From a virus, in the IMG/VR virus record IMGVR_UViG_3300045988_149625: DNA of 64,000 bases. One strand, 5' to 3'. Below, one piece after another: positions 45,947-55,271 of the stretch. A model generated the notes under the pieces. The model made no database searches. It was not told the DNA's origin and worked only from the letters and a program-made list of their open reading frames with translations. The position numbers and the translations under genes are program-made. Position 1 is the first letter of the stretch, and every line of letters starts with the position of its first letter.

Positions 45947-46552
45947 ATGCAGAGATTAAGAAGAATAGAAGAAACTGAAACACTTGCAAACTCCTTAGAC
46001 CCTATAAATAAGAATTTTGAAAGTGTACAATCACAACATAGTGGTACAAGTTTCCCCCAAGATAATTTAGTTTTGGGACAACCTTGTTTTAGAACAGATA
46101 CAATGAGTCTTTATATCCTATCTAATGTGGAGTATAACTTATGGATAAAGGTAGCAGATTTAACATTAACACTTGTTAATAAGGAGTATGTGGATACATT
46201 CCATATCCCTCTTAGCAGGGTGGATGATATAATAGATGCTGCTACAAATAAGATTAAAATGAGCCTTATGTATACAGGCACACAAAATGGACAATTAGTA
46301 ATGGTAGGAAATAATAATAAGATAGCAACAAGCCTTATTGATACAGGGGTTAAGGCAGGACAGGTTGTGATGGTAAATGCAGATGGTAAAATACCTAATG
46401 GTATTTTAAATATAGGTTATGGTAGGGAAGAGATACCTATATTGAATGATAAAGCACTTATTCCAGATACCATTTTACCGAGTAATTTAGCGCGTTTTAA
46501 TGAGAGCGGACAAATAGTATTTCCTAATGGTACGAAAATGTGGGTGAAATAG
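45947..46552 (+). CDS. tail fibre-associated protein
   Basis: 201 aa. Confidence 0.4.
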   Translation: MQRLRRIEETETLANSLDPINKNFESVQSQHSGTSFPQDNLVLGQPCFRTDTMSLYILSNVEYNLWIKVADLTLTLVNKEYVDTFHIPLSRVDDIIDAATNKIKMSLMYTGTQNGQLVMVGNNNKIATSLIDTGVKAGQVVMVNADGKIPNGILNIGYGREEIPILNDKALIPDTILPSNLARFNESGQIVFPNGTKMWVK

Positions 46553-46553
46553 T

Positions 46554-47357
46554 ATGGGTGTAACAGAGCATGTTTTAAACATACAAAGTAGTAATAATAA
46601 AAAAGTAGTTCCTTTATATGATACACCTACTTGTAGCTATACAGGAAGGTCTTTACCAATTAAATTAGCTAATGGTTCAACTGTGTATGCACCTCTAGGT
46701 GTTACAGATGATTTGTATGGAACACAGCTTTGGGTAGAAATTGATGGAGCGTCTTATAGAGTGGTTGAGCAAAGTGTGCAAGGTATTCAAGGTGTAAACT
46801 TTGATAAGACTGTAAAAATAGAATTTAGTGGTAGCGGTGAGCGCACAGCTAAATATGATACTTTTTATTTTGTAGCACCAAGAAGAACCAAGTTTCATTA
46901 TAAAAGTATGGTTAATTACGGACAAACTGGTTGGGGATACAGCTCTGATAGGTGGCAACGTAGTGATATATGGATAAACTTAGATGGAAATCTACTTGTT
47001 AAGAAAACTTTTAGACGCAGTGCAGGCATTAATTGGAAAACTCTATATGATGGGGACATTGAATTAGATGCAGGAACACATCGAATGGAACTTTGGCTTT
47101 TGGGGCAAGGCTCTAGTAAAGATAGTCATTTAACTGTTTGTTATGCTTGGAACAATGATTTGTTAATGTCTGGACAACAATTTGTCCAATATTCAAGTCC
47201 AGGTACGTATGACTTCACAGTTCCTAAGGGTGTGGAAAGCATTACCATCGTGACTGTTGGTGGTGGCGGTGGTGGAGCAGGGTATGGATACACCCCCCAA
47301 GAAGATAGTGGTAGCGGCCCCAGTCAAGGTGAAGGTAGTGGAGGCGAAGGAGCATGA
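46554..47357 (+). CDS. tail fibre protein with Gly-rich C-terminus
   Basis: 267 aa ending TVGGGGGGAGYGYTPQEDSGSGPSQGEGSGGEGA. Confidence 0.45.
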   Translation: MGVTEHVLNIQSSNNKKVVPLYDTPTCSYTGRSLPIKLANGSTVYAPLGVTDDLYGTQLWVEIDGASYRVVEQSVQGIQGVNFDKTVKIEFSGSGERTAKYDTFYFVAPRRTKFHYKSMVNYGQTGWGYSSDRWQRSDIWINLDGNLLVKKTFRRSAGINWKTLYDGDIELDAGTHRMELWLLGQGSSKDSHLTVCYAWNNDLLMSGQQFVQYSSPGTYDFTVPKGVESITIVTVGGGGGGAGYGYTPQEDSGSGPSQGEGSGGEGA

Positions 47358-47836
47358 GTAGTTATCCTTATACACAAGTTATTGTAGATGCTAAAGGCAC
47401 AGATGGTGGAAATTCTAAGGCTTCTTTAAATGGAGCAGATATAATTCTTGCAACTGGGGGCAGTGGTGCAAAATATAAAAGAACTCGTACCCATGTTAAT
47501 TGGCACAGCTCTACTGAGTCCGAAGAAAAGCAGGTAGGTAGGGGTGGTACACCAAATGGCATAGATGGCACTTATTCAGTATCTGGCACAAAGGGGTATG
47601 ATATTCGTCCAGAGGTTACTAGAGGTTCTTATGGTAGCGGGGGAGGTTGTTCAAATACTAATACAGTTGTATATCCTGTATCTGGGGGCAGTGGTGGTAT
47701 TAATATTGTCACCATTCCTGTTAAGGAAGGGGATAGATTACAAATCACTGTTGGAAGCGCGGGTGCAGGTGGTGGAATTGGTTTAGCAGGAAATGCAGGA
47801 GCGGTAGCATTATGGTATTACAAATTGGGAAACTAA
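47354..47836 (+). CDS. Gly-rich tail fibre-associated protein
   Basis: 160 aa; SYGSGGGCSNT, VSGGSGGINIV, GSAGAGGGIGLAGNAGAVALWYY; 3' end overlaps radical-SAM gene start by 25 nt. Confidence 0.45.
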   Translation: MSSYPYTQVIVDAKGTDGGNSKASLNGADIILATGGSGAKYKRTRTHVNWHSSTESEEKQVGRGGTPNGIDGTYSVSGTKGYDIRPEVTRGSYGSGGGCSNTNTVVYPVSGGSGGINIVTIPVKEGDRLQITVGSAGAGGGIGLAGNAGAVALWYYKLGN

Positions 47837-49035
47837 TAGATAATATATTAGTGGCAAAATTTATAACAAATAATACATTAAAAGAGTTTAAAGATTTAGT
47901 TGGGGAAGGAGATTATGTGGATATTACAGGGGTCGACATTCAAGAGGGTGACAAATTTGTTAATGGGGATGCTATTCATTGTGAGGGCGATTCATTATCC
48001 AAGGAAGGTGTAAAAGCACTTTATCTGATGCTAGGCAGTGCGTGTAATATGTCTTGCAGACATTGTACACAAACTCCTATTAAAGGTAATGTTGCTTTTC
48101 CTACTACTGAGTTAAGTAAGGATGTACTAGATTTTATAGTAAATTGGGATAAAAATGGCGGTGGAAGGTTATATTTTTGGGGCGGTGAACCTTTACTTTA
48201 TTGGAATACAATAAAGAAACTTATAGAAGAGTTTGAAAAAATGGGAATGAGAAATACTTCTTATCGCATTTTCACCAATGGTCTATTACTTTCAAATTCC
48301 ATTGTAGACTTTTGTAACAAACATAATATATGGGTAATTATGAGTTATGATGCACCTAACCCCTTAGCTGCAAGAAACGCCATGCCGTCAGAGAGAAATA
48401 TAGAAGCTTTCTTGTTGGCAGAAAAAAGAACAGTAAATGGTGTATACAATGCCTTAAACTGTGATATGGTAGCTGCTTTTAAATACTTGGAGTCAAAATT
48501 TCCTAATACTGAGGTAACTCTAGGGTTTATAAATGTATTATGGGATATACCAAAAGACTTATACGCTTTTGGAAAAGGCGAAGTAAGAAAGGCGGTAAAA
48601 GATTTATTTGAATATTATAAAGAAACAAGGGATTCAAATGTACACAGGTGGTTTGAAACTAAACTTAGAAGAGGGAATTACTTTTCCATTGAAGAATTTA
48701 TGCTTTCCCCATTTCCTCCCTGTGCACCTGGGCGTATCTCTTTATCTATAGATTTTGCAGGTAATATAATAAGATGCCACAATGACGATAAAGTGGTTGC
48801 AAATATTAAAGATGATTATTCAGATATATTAAAAGCACATGAAATGGAGTGGCTAAAGTTATTGCCAAGAAATTGTGCAGAATGTGAATGTCTACCTTTG
48901 TGCAGGTCAATTTGTCCAATAGCCTATAAGAAAGAAAACAAAGAAGAATTTGTACAATGTGATTATATAAGGGAGTTTTTTAGCGCGGTGCAGGAATGTG
49001 CCGATGATTTTTGGAGAATGGAAGGTGAGATGTAA
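47812..49035 (+). CDS. radical SAM enzyme with C-terminal SPASM domain (anSME/peptide-maturase clade)
   Basis: 407 aa; CNMSCRHC (CxxxCxxC), WGGEPLL, C-terminal seven-Cys cluster CAPGRIS...RCHNDD...NCAECECLPLCRSICP; stop abuts ATG of DGR target gene. Confidence 0.85.
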   Translation: MVLQIGKLIDNILVAKFITNNTLKEFKDLVGEGDYVDITGVDIQEGDKFVNGDAIHCEGDSLSKEGVKALYLMLGSACNMSCRHCTQTPIKGNVAFPTTELSKDVLDFIVNWDKNGGGRLYFWGGEPLLYWNTIKKLIEEFEKMGMRNTSYRIFTNGLLLSNSIVDFCNKHNIWVIMSYDAPNPLAARNAMPSERNIEAFLLAEKRTVNGVYNALNCDMVAAFKYLESKFPNTEVTLGFINVLWDIPKDLYAFGKGEVRKAVKDLFEYYKETRDSNVHRWFETKLRRGNYFSIEEFMLSPFPPCAPGRISLSIDFAGNIIRCHNDDKVVANIKDDYSDILKAHEMEWLKLLPRNCAECECLPLCRSICPIAYKKENKEEFVQCDYIREFFSAVQECADDFWRMEGEM

Positions 49036-50970
49036 ATGGCAAGCTTTCATAACTGGACAGGTGATGAATTAATTGATACACAAGTCCCACAGTTTTTAAA
49101 TGAAGATAATGCAGCAACACAGGAGAAATTAGACACTAAATTTAATAAATCCTTAGATATAGCAGAAGCCTCAGACTTAAACAATTTTAAGGATGAGGGG
49201 TTCTACTGCTGTAATTCTAATTCTCGTGCTGAAACTATTTTAAATTGTCCTACTAATTATGCTTTCGGTTTAATGGTATGGGGTAAAGGCGAAATAGTCT
49301 ATCAAGAAGTGCGCGAATTTAACAGAGGCTCTAACCAAGATTACAATAACTGTTGGAGAAGAAGTTATTCTGGGGGCGGACAAGGTGTGTGGTCTAACTG
49401 GCAGAAAGTGGCTTATGCAGCTACTACTTTAGCAGAATACGGAATAACAGACGGTATGGGCAAGAACGCCACAAACAGTGTGGGTGTGACAGATATTATT
49501 AAAAGAAGTATTAATACGTCGTACTTGCGTTTAACAGGTGGCAATACATTTGATAAAAGTGCAACTCTTCAACTCTGCGGAGGTACTTATGCAACAAACG
49601 CAGGACAGTTTTTATTAAAAGCAGCAGATTCAGCACACTCAGCAACTCTTTCAGGTAATCCTTCTGGGCTACTTAAATGGAATGATAAAAATATAGTACG
49701 TTCAGTAAATAATTCTGTTGCAGATGAACATGGTAATGTAACTTTACTGTTCCCCGACTCAGATGTAACGCAGGAAGGCGCGGGGTACTGGAAGCCTAAT
49801 GAATCAGTACAAGAAGGGGATATACGTTATGTGTATGGTAGAGGAAACACAGGTGTTGTTTTAAAATGTGTGAAAGCAGGAATAACAGGAGCAGAATTAC
49901 CAGATTTAGAGGCTGCTTCAAATGCTGTGCAATTAGTAACAGAAACTACTACTGAGGTAAAACCTTTTGATATATTGGATTATGTATCACAAGTACCAGA
50001 ATATTACACACGCCCTAGTTTGTATACAGTTTCAAAAAAATCTATAACTATACCTAAGGGGTTACGTGTAAGAATTGGTGATAAAGGTTATGAGAGTGTT
50101 AGTACAACTACATTAAGCACTACATCTTTGGGAAGTTTGGCAGCAAAAGATGTTTATATATATGCTTGTGCTCCTATTACTTTATCTACTGAGCCAATAT
50201 TTGTACTTTCATTAAATAGTACAGTACCTAGTGGGTATACCGCAGAAAACAGTCGCAAGATTGGCGGTTTTCATTGCTTATGTGCAGATGTTGGTACAAT
50301 AAGTGGACATACTTTAAGTGGTTATGTAGCAGGTGACATACTTCCTGCTTCTGCATGGGATTTAATTCATCGTCCACGATGTTCCCCCGAAGCAATGGTG
50401 TATTGTGATACGGTGGACTTTTGGGTCGATATATATTTGGATAGTTGGGATGGTAACAAATTAGTATCTGTATACAAAGGTGTTACAGCAGACGGAACTT
50501 CCACTAAAAAGTTTCATGGTGAGCTTTTTGTAGATGAGCTTGCAAAATTGAATAAAAGACTACCTCCAAGAAGAGTATTTCAAGCAATAATGAAAGGCTC
50601 AAATGAACGCACCAATGTTAAAGGTTCGAAAGACGTAAATACTACTGGTGGTAATGTAGATACAGCAGGTCGAAGAATGATAAGTAATTATGGTTGTGAA
50701 GATGGCTGCGGTTTCTTGTGGCAATGGTCTGATGAACTAGGTTTTGCAGGTGGTAGTGCATGGACAGATTCAGTATATAATTCAAGTGTCGATTCTGAAA
50801 GAATTGGACAAACTTATGGAACTTTGTATAGAGCTGCGCTGGGCGGTTGCTGGGTTCACGGCGGTTCTTGTGGTTCGCGGTCGGTGTTTTGCAGCCATTC
50901 CTCGGCTCTTGTCAGTGCTTATTTTGGCGGTCGCGGCGCTTGCGAGCCGAAGGTCGCAAAGTTCTATTAG
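49036..50970 (+). CDS. DGR target protein: tail fibre/receptor-binding protein with C-terminal variable (C-type-lectin-like) region
   Basis: 644 aa; 3' 115 nt form VR matching TR except at TR adenines. Confidence 0.85.
   Translation: MASFHNWTGDELIDTQVPQFLNEDNAATQEKLDTKFNKSLDIAEASDLNNFKDEGFYCCNSNSRAETILNCPTNYAFGLMVWGKGEIVYQEVREFNRGSNQDYNNCWRRSYSGGGQGVWSNWQKVAYAATTLAEYGITDGMGKNATNSVGVTDIIKRSINTSYLRLTGGNTFDKSATLQLCGGTYATNAGQFLLKAADSAHSATLSGNPSGLLKWNDKNIVRSVNNSVADEHGNVTLLFPDSDVTQEGAGYWKPNESVQEGDIRYVYGRGNTGVVLKCVKAGITGAELPDLEAASNAVQLVTETTTEVKPFDILDYVSQVPEYYTRPSLYTVSKKSITIPKGLRVRIGDKGYESVSTTTLSTTSLGSLAAKDVYIYACAPITLSTEPIFVLSLNSTVPSGYTAENSRKIGGFHCLCADVGTISGHTLSGYVAGDILPASAWDLIHRPRCSPEAMVYCDTVDFWVDIYLDSWDGNKLVSVYKGVTADGTSTKKFHGELFVDELAKLNKRLPPRRVFQAIMKGSNERTNVKGSKDVNTTGGNVDTAGRRMISNYGCEDGCGFLWQWSDELGFAGGSAWTDSVYNSSVDSERIGQTYGTLYRAALGGCWVHGGSCGSRSVFCSHSSALVSAYFGGRGACEPKVAKFY
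50831..50945 (+). repeat. DGR variable repeat (VR)
   Basis: 115 nt aligned to TR: 26 mismatches, all at TR A positions; GC-rich 3' end ggcggtcgcggcgcttgcga (IMH-like). Confidence 0.9.
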
Positions 50971-51046
50971 AACTAGGTATACGGCTACATGAAGTTGTTA
51001 AGGAACACGAAGTAGTCTTGAATATACTGGGTTGTGGTTGTTAAAA

Positions 51047-51161
51047 GAGCTAAACTAGGCGGTAACTGGGATAACAGCAGTTCTTGTAGTTCGCAGTCAG
51101 TGAATTGCAACAATTCCTCAGCTAATGTCAATGCTAATTATGGCGGTCGCGGCGCTTGCGA
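51047..51161 (+). repeat. DGR template repeat (TR)
   Basis: AAC/AAT-rich (LGGNWDNSSSCSSQSVNCNNSSANVNANYGGRGACD in VR frame), non-coding copy. Confidence 0.9.
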
Positions 51162-51416
51162 TACGGAGAGAGCTATTCCTTCGGCTGAACCACAATCCAT
51201 TCTAGCAGAGAAATACTGTATAGAAAAACACACAACAGGAGTATAGAAGGGCTAGTAGTGTAAACGAACGTCATTCTATAAAACTCCGTATCTTTAAATA
51301 AAGGAGAAATAAACTTGAAAAGAATTGGGAATTTATGAACTAAAATTATAGATAAAGAAAATATTAAGGAGAGTATTTTAAGCGCTGCAAAACATAAGAA
51401 AAAGCGCCCTGCGGTA

Positions 51417-52709
51417 ATGAAGGTACTCAATAATATAGACGAATATGTAGAAAAGATTCACAAATTGTTAGTAAACAAGGAGTATAAAGTTTCGGAATAT
51501 TATATAAAAGCAATTTATGAGCCTAAGCTAAGGCTTATTTACATATTACCCTTTTATCCAGATAATATAATATTTCACTGCATAATGAGGGTATTAGAGC
51601 CTATATGGGACAGTAGGTTTATTTATGATACTTATTCATGCAGGAAGGGTAAGGGGCAACATAAAGGAATGTTAAAGAGCACTATATACGTAAAGAATTA
51701 CAAATACTGCTTAAAATGTGATATAAGTCAGTTTTACCCAAGCCTTAATCATAGAATACTAAAGGAAAGTTTCCGTTGGAAAATCAAAGATAAGGACGTA
51801 TTGGAGCTACTTGACTTAATAGTAGATAGTGTTTCTGTGCGGGAAAGGAATCTAGATTTTTTAAAGTGCTGCAAGGCAAGTGATAAACATATGATGGAAC
51901 AGAAGCTTCAAACATTAAAAGAAGAGTTCCCAGAAGGAGATTTCGGTGTGCCTATTGGTAATTATCCTTCACAATGGTTCGGAAACCTTTATATGAACCC
52001 TTTAGATAACCTTATTAAGTACTGTTTCCATGCAAAAGCATATGTAAGATACTGCGACGATTTTGTTGTTTACAGTAATGATAAAAAGTGGTTACATAGT
52101 GTAGCTGCGGAGATAGAGAACTTTTGTAAGGAAAGATTAAAATTAAAGATGAGTAAGTGTCGGGTATTTCCTACGAAGTGTGGAGTAGATTTCTTAGGGT
52201 ATAAAGCATTTCCCAGTGGTAAGATTCTTTTGCGTAAAAGGACAGCAAAAAGAGTCCATAAACAAATAAAAGCATTATGGAAAGAGCTATCTTATGGGAA
52301 CTATGAACAAATGCTTTCTAAAGTGGGAAGCAGAATGGGGTATTTAAGGTACGCTAAAAGTTATAATTTTAGATTACAAATAAAGATTAAAGAGTTGGAA
52401 AGGGAACTAAAAAGGAGGATTAGTATGGTAGGTTATCCAAAAAATTTAAGCACAAAAGAAGATTATGAGTACGTGAGAACACATTTCCCTAAAAGTGATT
52501 GGCAGAAAGACTTTGAAAGTCTTTTACCTCGCAAGGAATGGTTCTTCATTGAAGAAACTAAGGTTAATAAAAAAGAAGATGCTACTCATAAAACAGAACC
52601 CTCTGACGATGAAGGGGTATTCTATCGTTATGAATTGAGGGGGGTAAGTAAGGCAGCAGAAATTGGATATACGGTAGAAGAAGTAGAGAAGATTCTAAGG
52701 AGTGAATAA
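51417..52709 (+). CDS. DGR reverse transcriptase
   Basis: 430 aa; RT motifs LKCDISQFYPS, GVPIGNYPSQ, YVRYCDDFVV (YxDD); the frame is open upstream to 51339 with RT-like residues but no ATG. Confidence 0.9.
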   Translation: MKVLNNIDEYVEKIHKLLVNKEYKVSEYYIKAIYEPKLRLIYILPFYPDNIIFHCIMRVLEPIWDSRFIYDTYSCRKGKGQHKGMLKSTIYVKNYKYCLKCDISQFYPSLNHRILKESFRWKIKDKDVLELLDLIVDSVSVRERNLDFLKCCKASDKHMMEQKLQTLKEEFPEGDFGVPIGNYPSQWFGNLYMNPLDNLIKYCFHAKAYVRYCDDFVVYSNDKKWLHSVAAEIENFCKERLKLKMSKCRVFPTKCGVDFLGYKAFPSGKILLRKRTAKRVHKQIKALWKELSYGNYEQMLSKVGSRMGYLRYAKSYNFRLQIKIKELERELKRRISMVGYPKNLSTKEDYEYVRTHFPKSDWQKDFESLLPRKEWFFIEETKVNKKEDATHKTEPSDDEGVFYRYELRGVSKAAEIGYTVEEVEKILRSE

Positions 52710-52711
52710 TA

Positions 52712-53719
52712 ATGGTAGTAGATAATACAGTACAGTGGTTACAGCTTAATTTAAAAGAAACAGGTTTGCCAGTAGGGTTTGAATACTTTACAATGAACCC
52801 AAACATACCCGCAGGAAGTTTGCCGCTACAAGGTGGTCTTTATAGCAGATTAGCATATTCAGACCTTTGGGAATGGGTACAGAAACAGACAGGATATTTA
52901 AAGGCTGAGTCAGAGTGGCAGGAACTTGCGGTCAGTAATAGTGGAAATGTGCCGTTTTACAGTAGCGGTGATGGTAGCACTACATTTAGAGTTCCTGCGC
53001 TGAAATGCTGGGTGCGGGGTGCTAGTAGCATTAGTGAGGTTGGTGGCTATTTGACTGCTGGATTGCCGAATATTACAGGAAGTATGGGACTAGCTGGTGC
53101 TCCTATATCAAATGCTAATAATAGAAACTTATATCCAAGCATTCTAAATGGTGTGTTTGAGATACAAGAAGGGCAAGAAGAACATTGGGCGGGTGAGCAT
53201 AAGGCAAATACTTTTTCAAAAGATGCGATTATATTTAACGCTTTTCTTTCTAATCCCATCTACGGTGCATCCGATACTGTACAACCACCATCCATCGTAG
53301 GCTTATGGTGTGTAAAGGCTTATGGCACTGTTACAAATGTTGGTAGCACGGATGTGGCTAATTTAGCACAAGGACTAACACAAACTGAAACACGTATAAG
53401 TGCATTGGAAACAAACAAGGTTGACAAGGCTGGTAATGCATGGGTGGTAGAATCTTACCGCAACGGCACTGAATGGTATAGAGTATGGTCAGATGGTTGG
53501 GTAGAACAAGGTGGATATTTTGAAAAGAAAAGAGACACGGCTTTAACTGTTACATTTTTGAAGCCTTACGTAGATAATGAATATACGTTTGCTTGTATGC
53601 TAGCTAGAGAAAATGGTTCTACACCAAAACTAACCACAAAGACTACAACAGGTTTTTCTATGTACACTGCCTCATGGGACTATGATATGTATTGGCGCAC
53701 AGAAGGTAAGGGGGCTTAA
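52712..53719 (+). CDS. tail fibre protein (putative)
   Basis: 335 aa downstream of DGR. Confidence 0.4.
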   Translation: MVVDNTVQWLQLNLKETGLPVGFEYFTMNPNIPAGSLPLQGGLYSRLAYSDLWEWVQKQTGYLKAESEWQELAVSNSGNVPFYSSGDGSTTFRVPALKCWVRGASSISEVGGYLTAGLPNITGSMGLAGAPISNANNRNLYPSILNGVFEIQEGQEEHWAGEHKANTFSKDAIIFNAFLSNPIYGASDTVQPPSIVGLWCVKAYGTVTNVGSTDVANLAQGLTQTETRISALETNKVDKAGNAWVVESYRNGTEWYRVWSDGWVEQGGYFEKKRDTALTVTFLKPYVDNEYTFACMLARENGSTPKLTTKTTTGFSMYTASWDYDMYWRTEGKGA

Positions 53720-53725
53720 TTTATT

Positions 53726-54205
53726 ATGTTAGGCACAAAAATCTATAAAACTGATATGAGCAATTACACTGATTGTGCTATTTGGTGTAATCAAAACAAA
53801 GCAACTATTGAGGATAGGGGCACTTATTACGAAGTGGTAACTTTACCACTCCCGACGCTGCAAGAAATTAAGGTTGCCAAAATCGCAGAGCTTAAAGCCG
53901 AGAGGGATGCAAAAGAGGTTGAGCCGATTACCTACAACGGCAACAGCTATGATTACGATGACAAGGCACGTGACCGCATTAATGCAGCTATTGTTGCCCT
54001 GTCTGTACAAGGCACTGGTGCTGACTTAATGTGGACTACCGCTGACAACAAAGAAGTCCCTGTGACTGCCGACGATTTACGTATGGTAATCGCTGCTGTG
54101 GCGGTACGTAGCAATGCTTTGCATACTGCCTACCGTATAGCGAAAGAAAAAGTTGAAGCAGCGCAGAATAAAGAAGAAGTTGAAGCTATAATATTAAATG
54201 TGTAA
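53726..54205 (+). CDS. tail fibre assembly/accessory protein (putative)
   Basis: 159 aa. Confidence 0.35.
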   Translation: MLGTKIYKTDMSNYTDCAIWCNQNKATIEDRGTYYEVVTLPLPTLQEIKVAKIAELKAERDAKEVEPITYNGNSYDYDDKARDRINAAIVALSVQGTGADLMWTTADNKEVPVTADDLRMVIAAVAVRSNALHTAYRIAKEKVEAAQNKEEVEAIILNV

Positions 54206-54223
54206 TATTGAGAGGGTGGACTA

Positions 54224-54514
54224 ATGGATGGAAGAAATTTTGCAAATAGATTAAATAAAATGTCAAAGAATGTACTTAAACCTTTAATACCTGCACTTGG
54301 TTTACACAAGCGGGTTGAAAGGGTATTATATTTGAGGTACATTGAAGAGCAAAGTATTTATGATATAGCAGAGGATGCAGGAATGTCCTTTGATTCTCTT
54401 AATAATTATCTTAGTTTTGCAAGACATGAAATGCTTTCTACAATGCAACGAGATTTTGAGATATTACCAGATGATATTAAAAAGTTGATTAACATTGTAT
54501 TATCAGACTGTTAA
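54224..54514 (+). CDS. sigma-70 region 4-like HTH protein (putative late transcription regulator)
   Basis: 96 aa; LHKRVERVLYLRYIEEQSIYDIAEDAGMSFDSLNNYL resembles sigma region 4.2. Confidence 0.45.
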   Translation: MDGRNFANRLNKMSKNVLKPLIPALGLHKRVERVLYLRYIEEQSIYDIAEDAGMSFDSLNNYLSFARHEMLSTMQRDFEILPDDIKKLINIVLSDC

Positions 54515-54579
54515 AAGTTAGTTATTCACCCTTTAAAATATATGCTATAATTAAAATGTAAGTTGAGGAGGGGTGTGAA

Positions 54580-54990
54580 ATGTATCCTAATAATAATTAC
54601 TTTGGGCAAGGTTATATGAATTACCCATATTTTAATATGAATCAATCTGGGCAGCAAGGTTTTCAGCAGGGACAACAAGTAATGCCCCCAAATAAACCTC
54701 AAATGCCAAAAACCGCATTTGTAGCAAGTTTTGATGAGGTTAAATCTGCCGCTGTAGATTATGATGGAAGCCTTAAGGTTTTTGTAGATACGCAGCAGGA
54801 CAGAATTTATACAAAACAGTTTACAAATGAGGGTAAAGTTGATTATAAAGTATTTATTTTAAGTAAGGATGAACCGAGGGAAATAAGCCCTGCAAATTTT
54901 GCAACTAAAGACGACTTAGAGGTGTTGCTAAGTGAAGTTGCAGAATTAAAGGATAGTTTGAATAGGTTGGAAGGGGGAGCTACTAAATGA
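54580..54990 (+). CDS. Q/N/Y-rich (prion-like, spore-coat-like) protein
   Basis: 136 aa; N-term YPNNNYFGQGYMNYPYFNMNQSGQQGFQQGQQ. Confidence 0.45.
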   Translation: MYPNNNYFGQGYMNYPYFNMNQSGQQGFQQGQQVMPPNKPQMPKTAFVASFDEVKSAAVDYDGSLKVFVDTQQDRIYTKQFTNEGKVDYKVFILSKDEPREISPANFATKDDLEVLLSEVAELKDSLNRLEGGATK

Positions 54991-55214
54991 TGAATCCGAT
55001 GCAGTTAATGGGAATGGTACAGGGGTCACAAAATCCCATGCAGTTAATGCAACAAATGTTTGGTGGCAATCCCCTATTTAACCAAGCTATGCAAATGGGA
55101 CGGGGGAAAAGCCCTGAACAGTTGCAACAAATAGTTAGAAATATTGCGCATACAAAAGGTATGAGTGATAATGATTTAAATAATTTTCTTTCACAATTTA
55201 ACCTAAGATTTTAG
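54987..55214 (+). CDS. Met/Gln-rich small protein
   Basis: 75 aa; MMNPMQLMGMVQGSQNPMQLMQQMFGG. Confidence 0.4.
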   Translation: MMNPMQLMGMVQGSQNPMQLMQQMFGGNPLFNQAMQMGRGKSPEQLQQIVRNIAHTKGMSDNDLNNFLSQFNLRF

Positions 55215-55271
55215 CAGACGCGCGGGCTAGAAGATTGGGCTGAAAATAAATCAATATAGGAGGTACTTACT

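Noticed and set aside
50744-51246. Overlapping plus-strand ORFs 50744-50992, 50847-51044, 51034-51246
   Set aside because: They are alternative-frame or TR-derived readings of the DGR VR/TR repeats; TR is a non-coding template, and VR belongs to the 49036-50970 gene.
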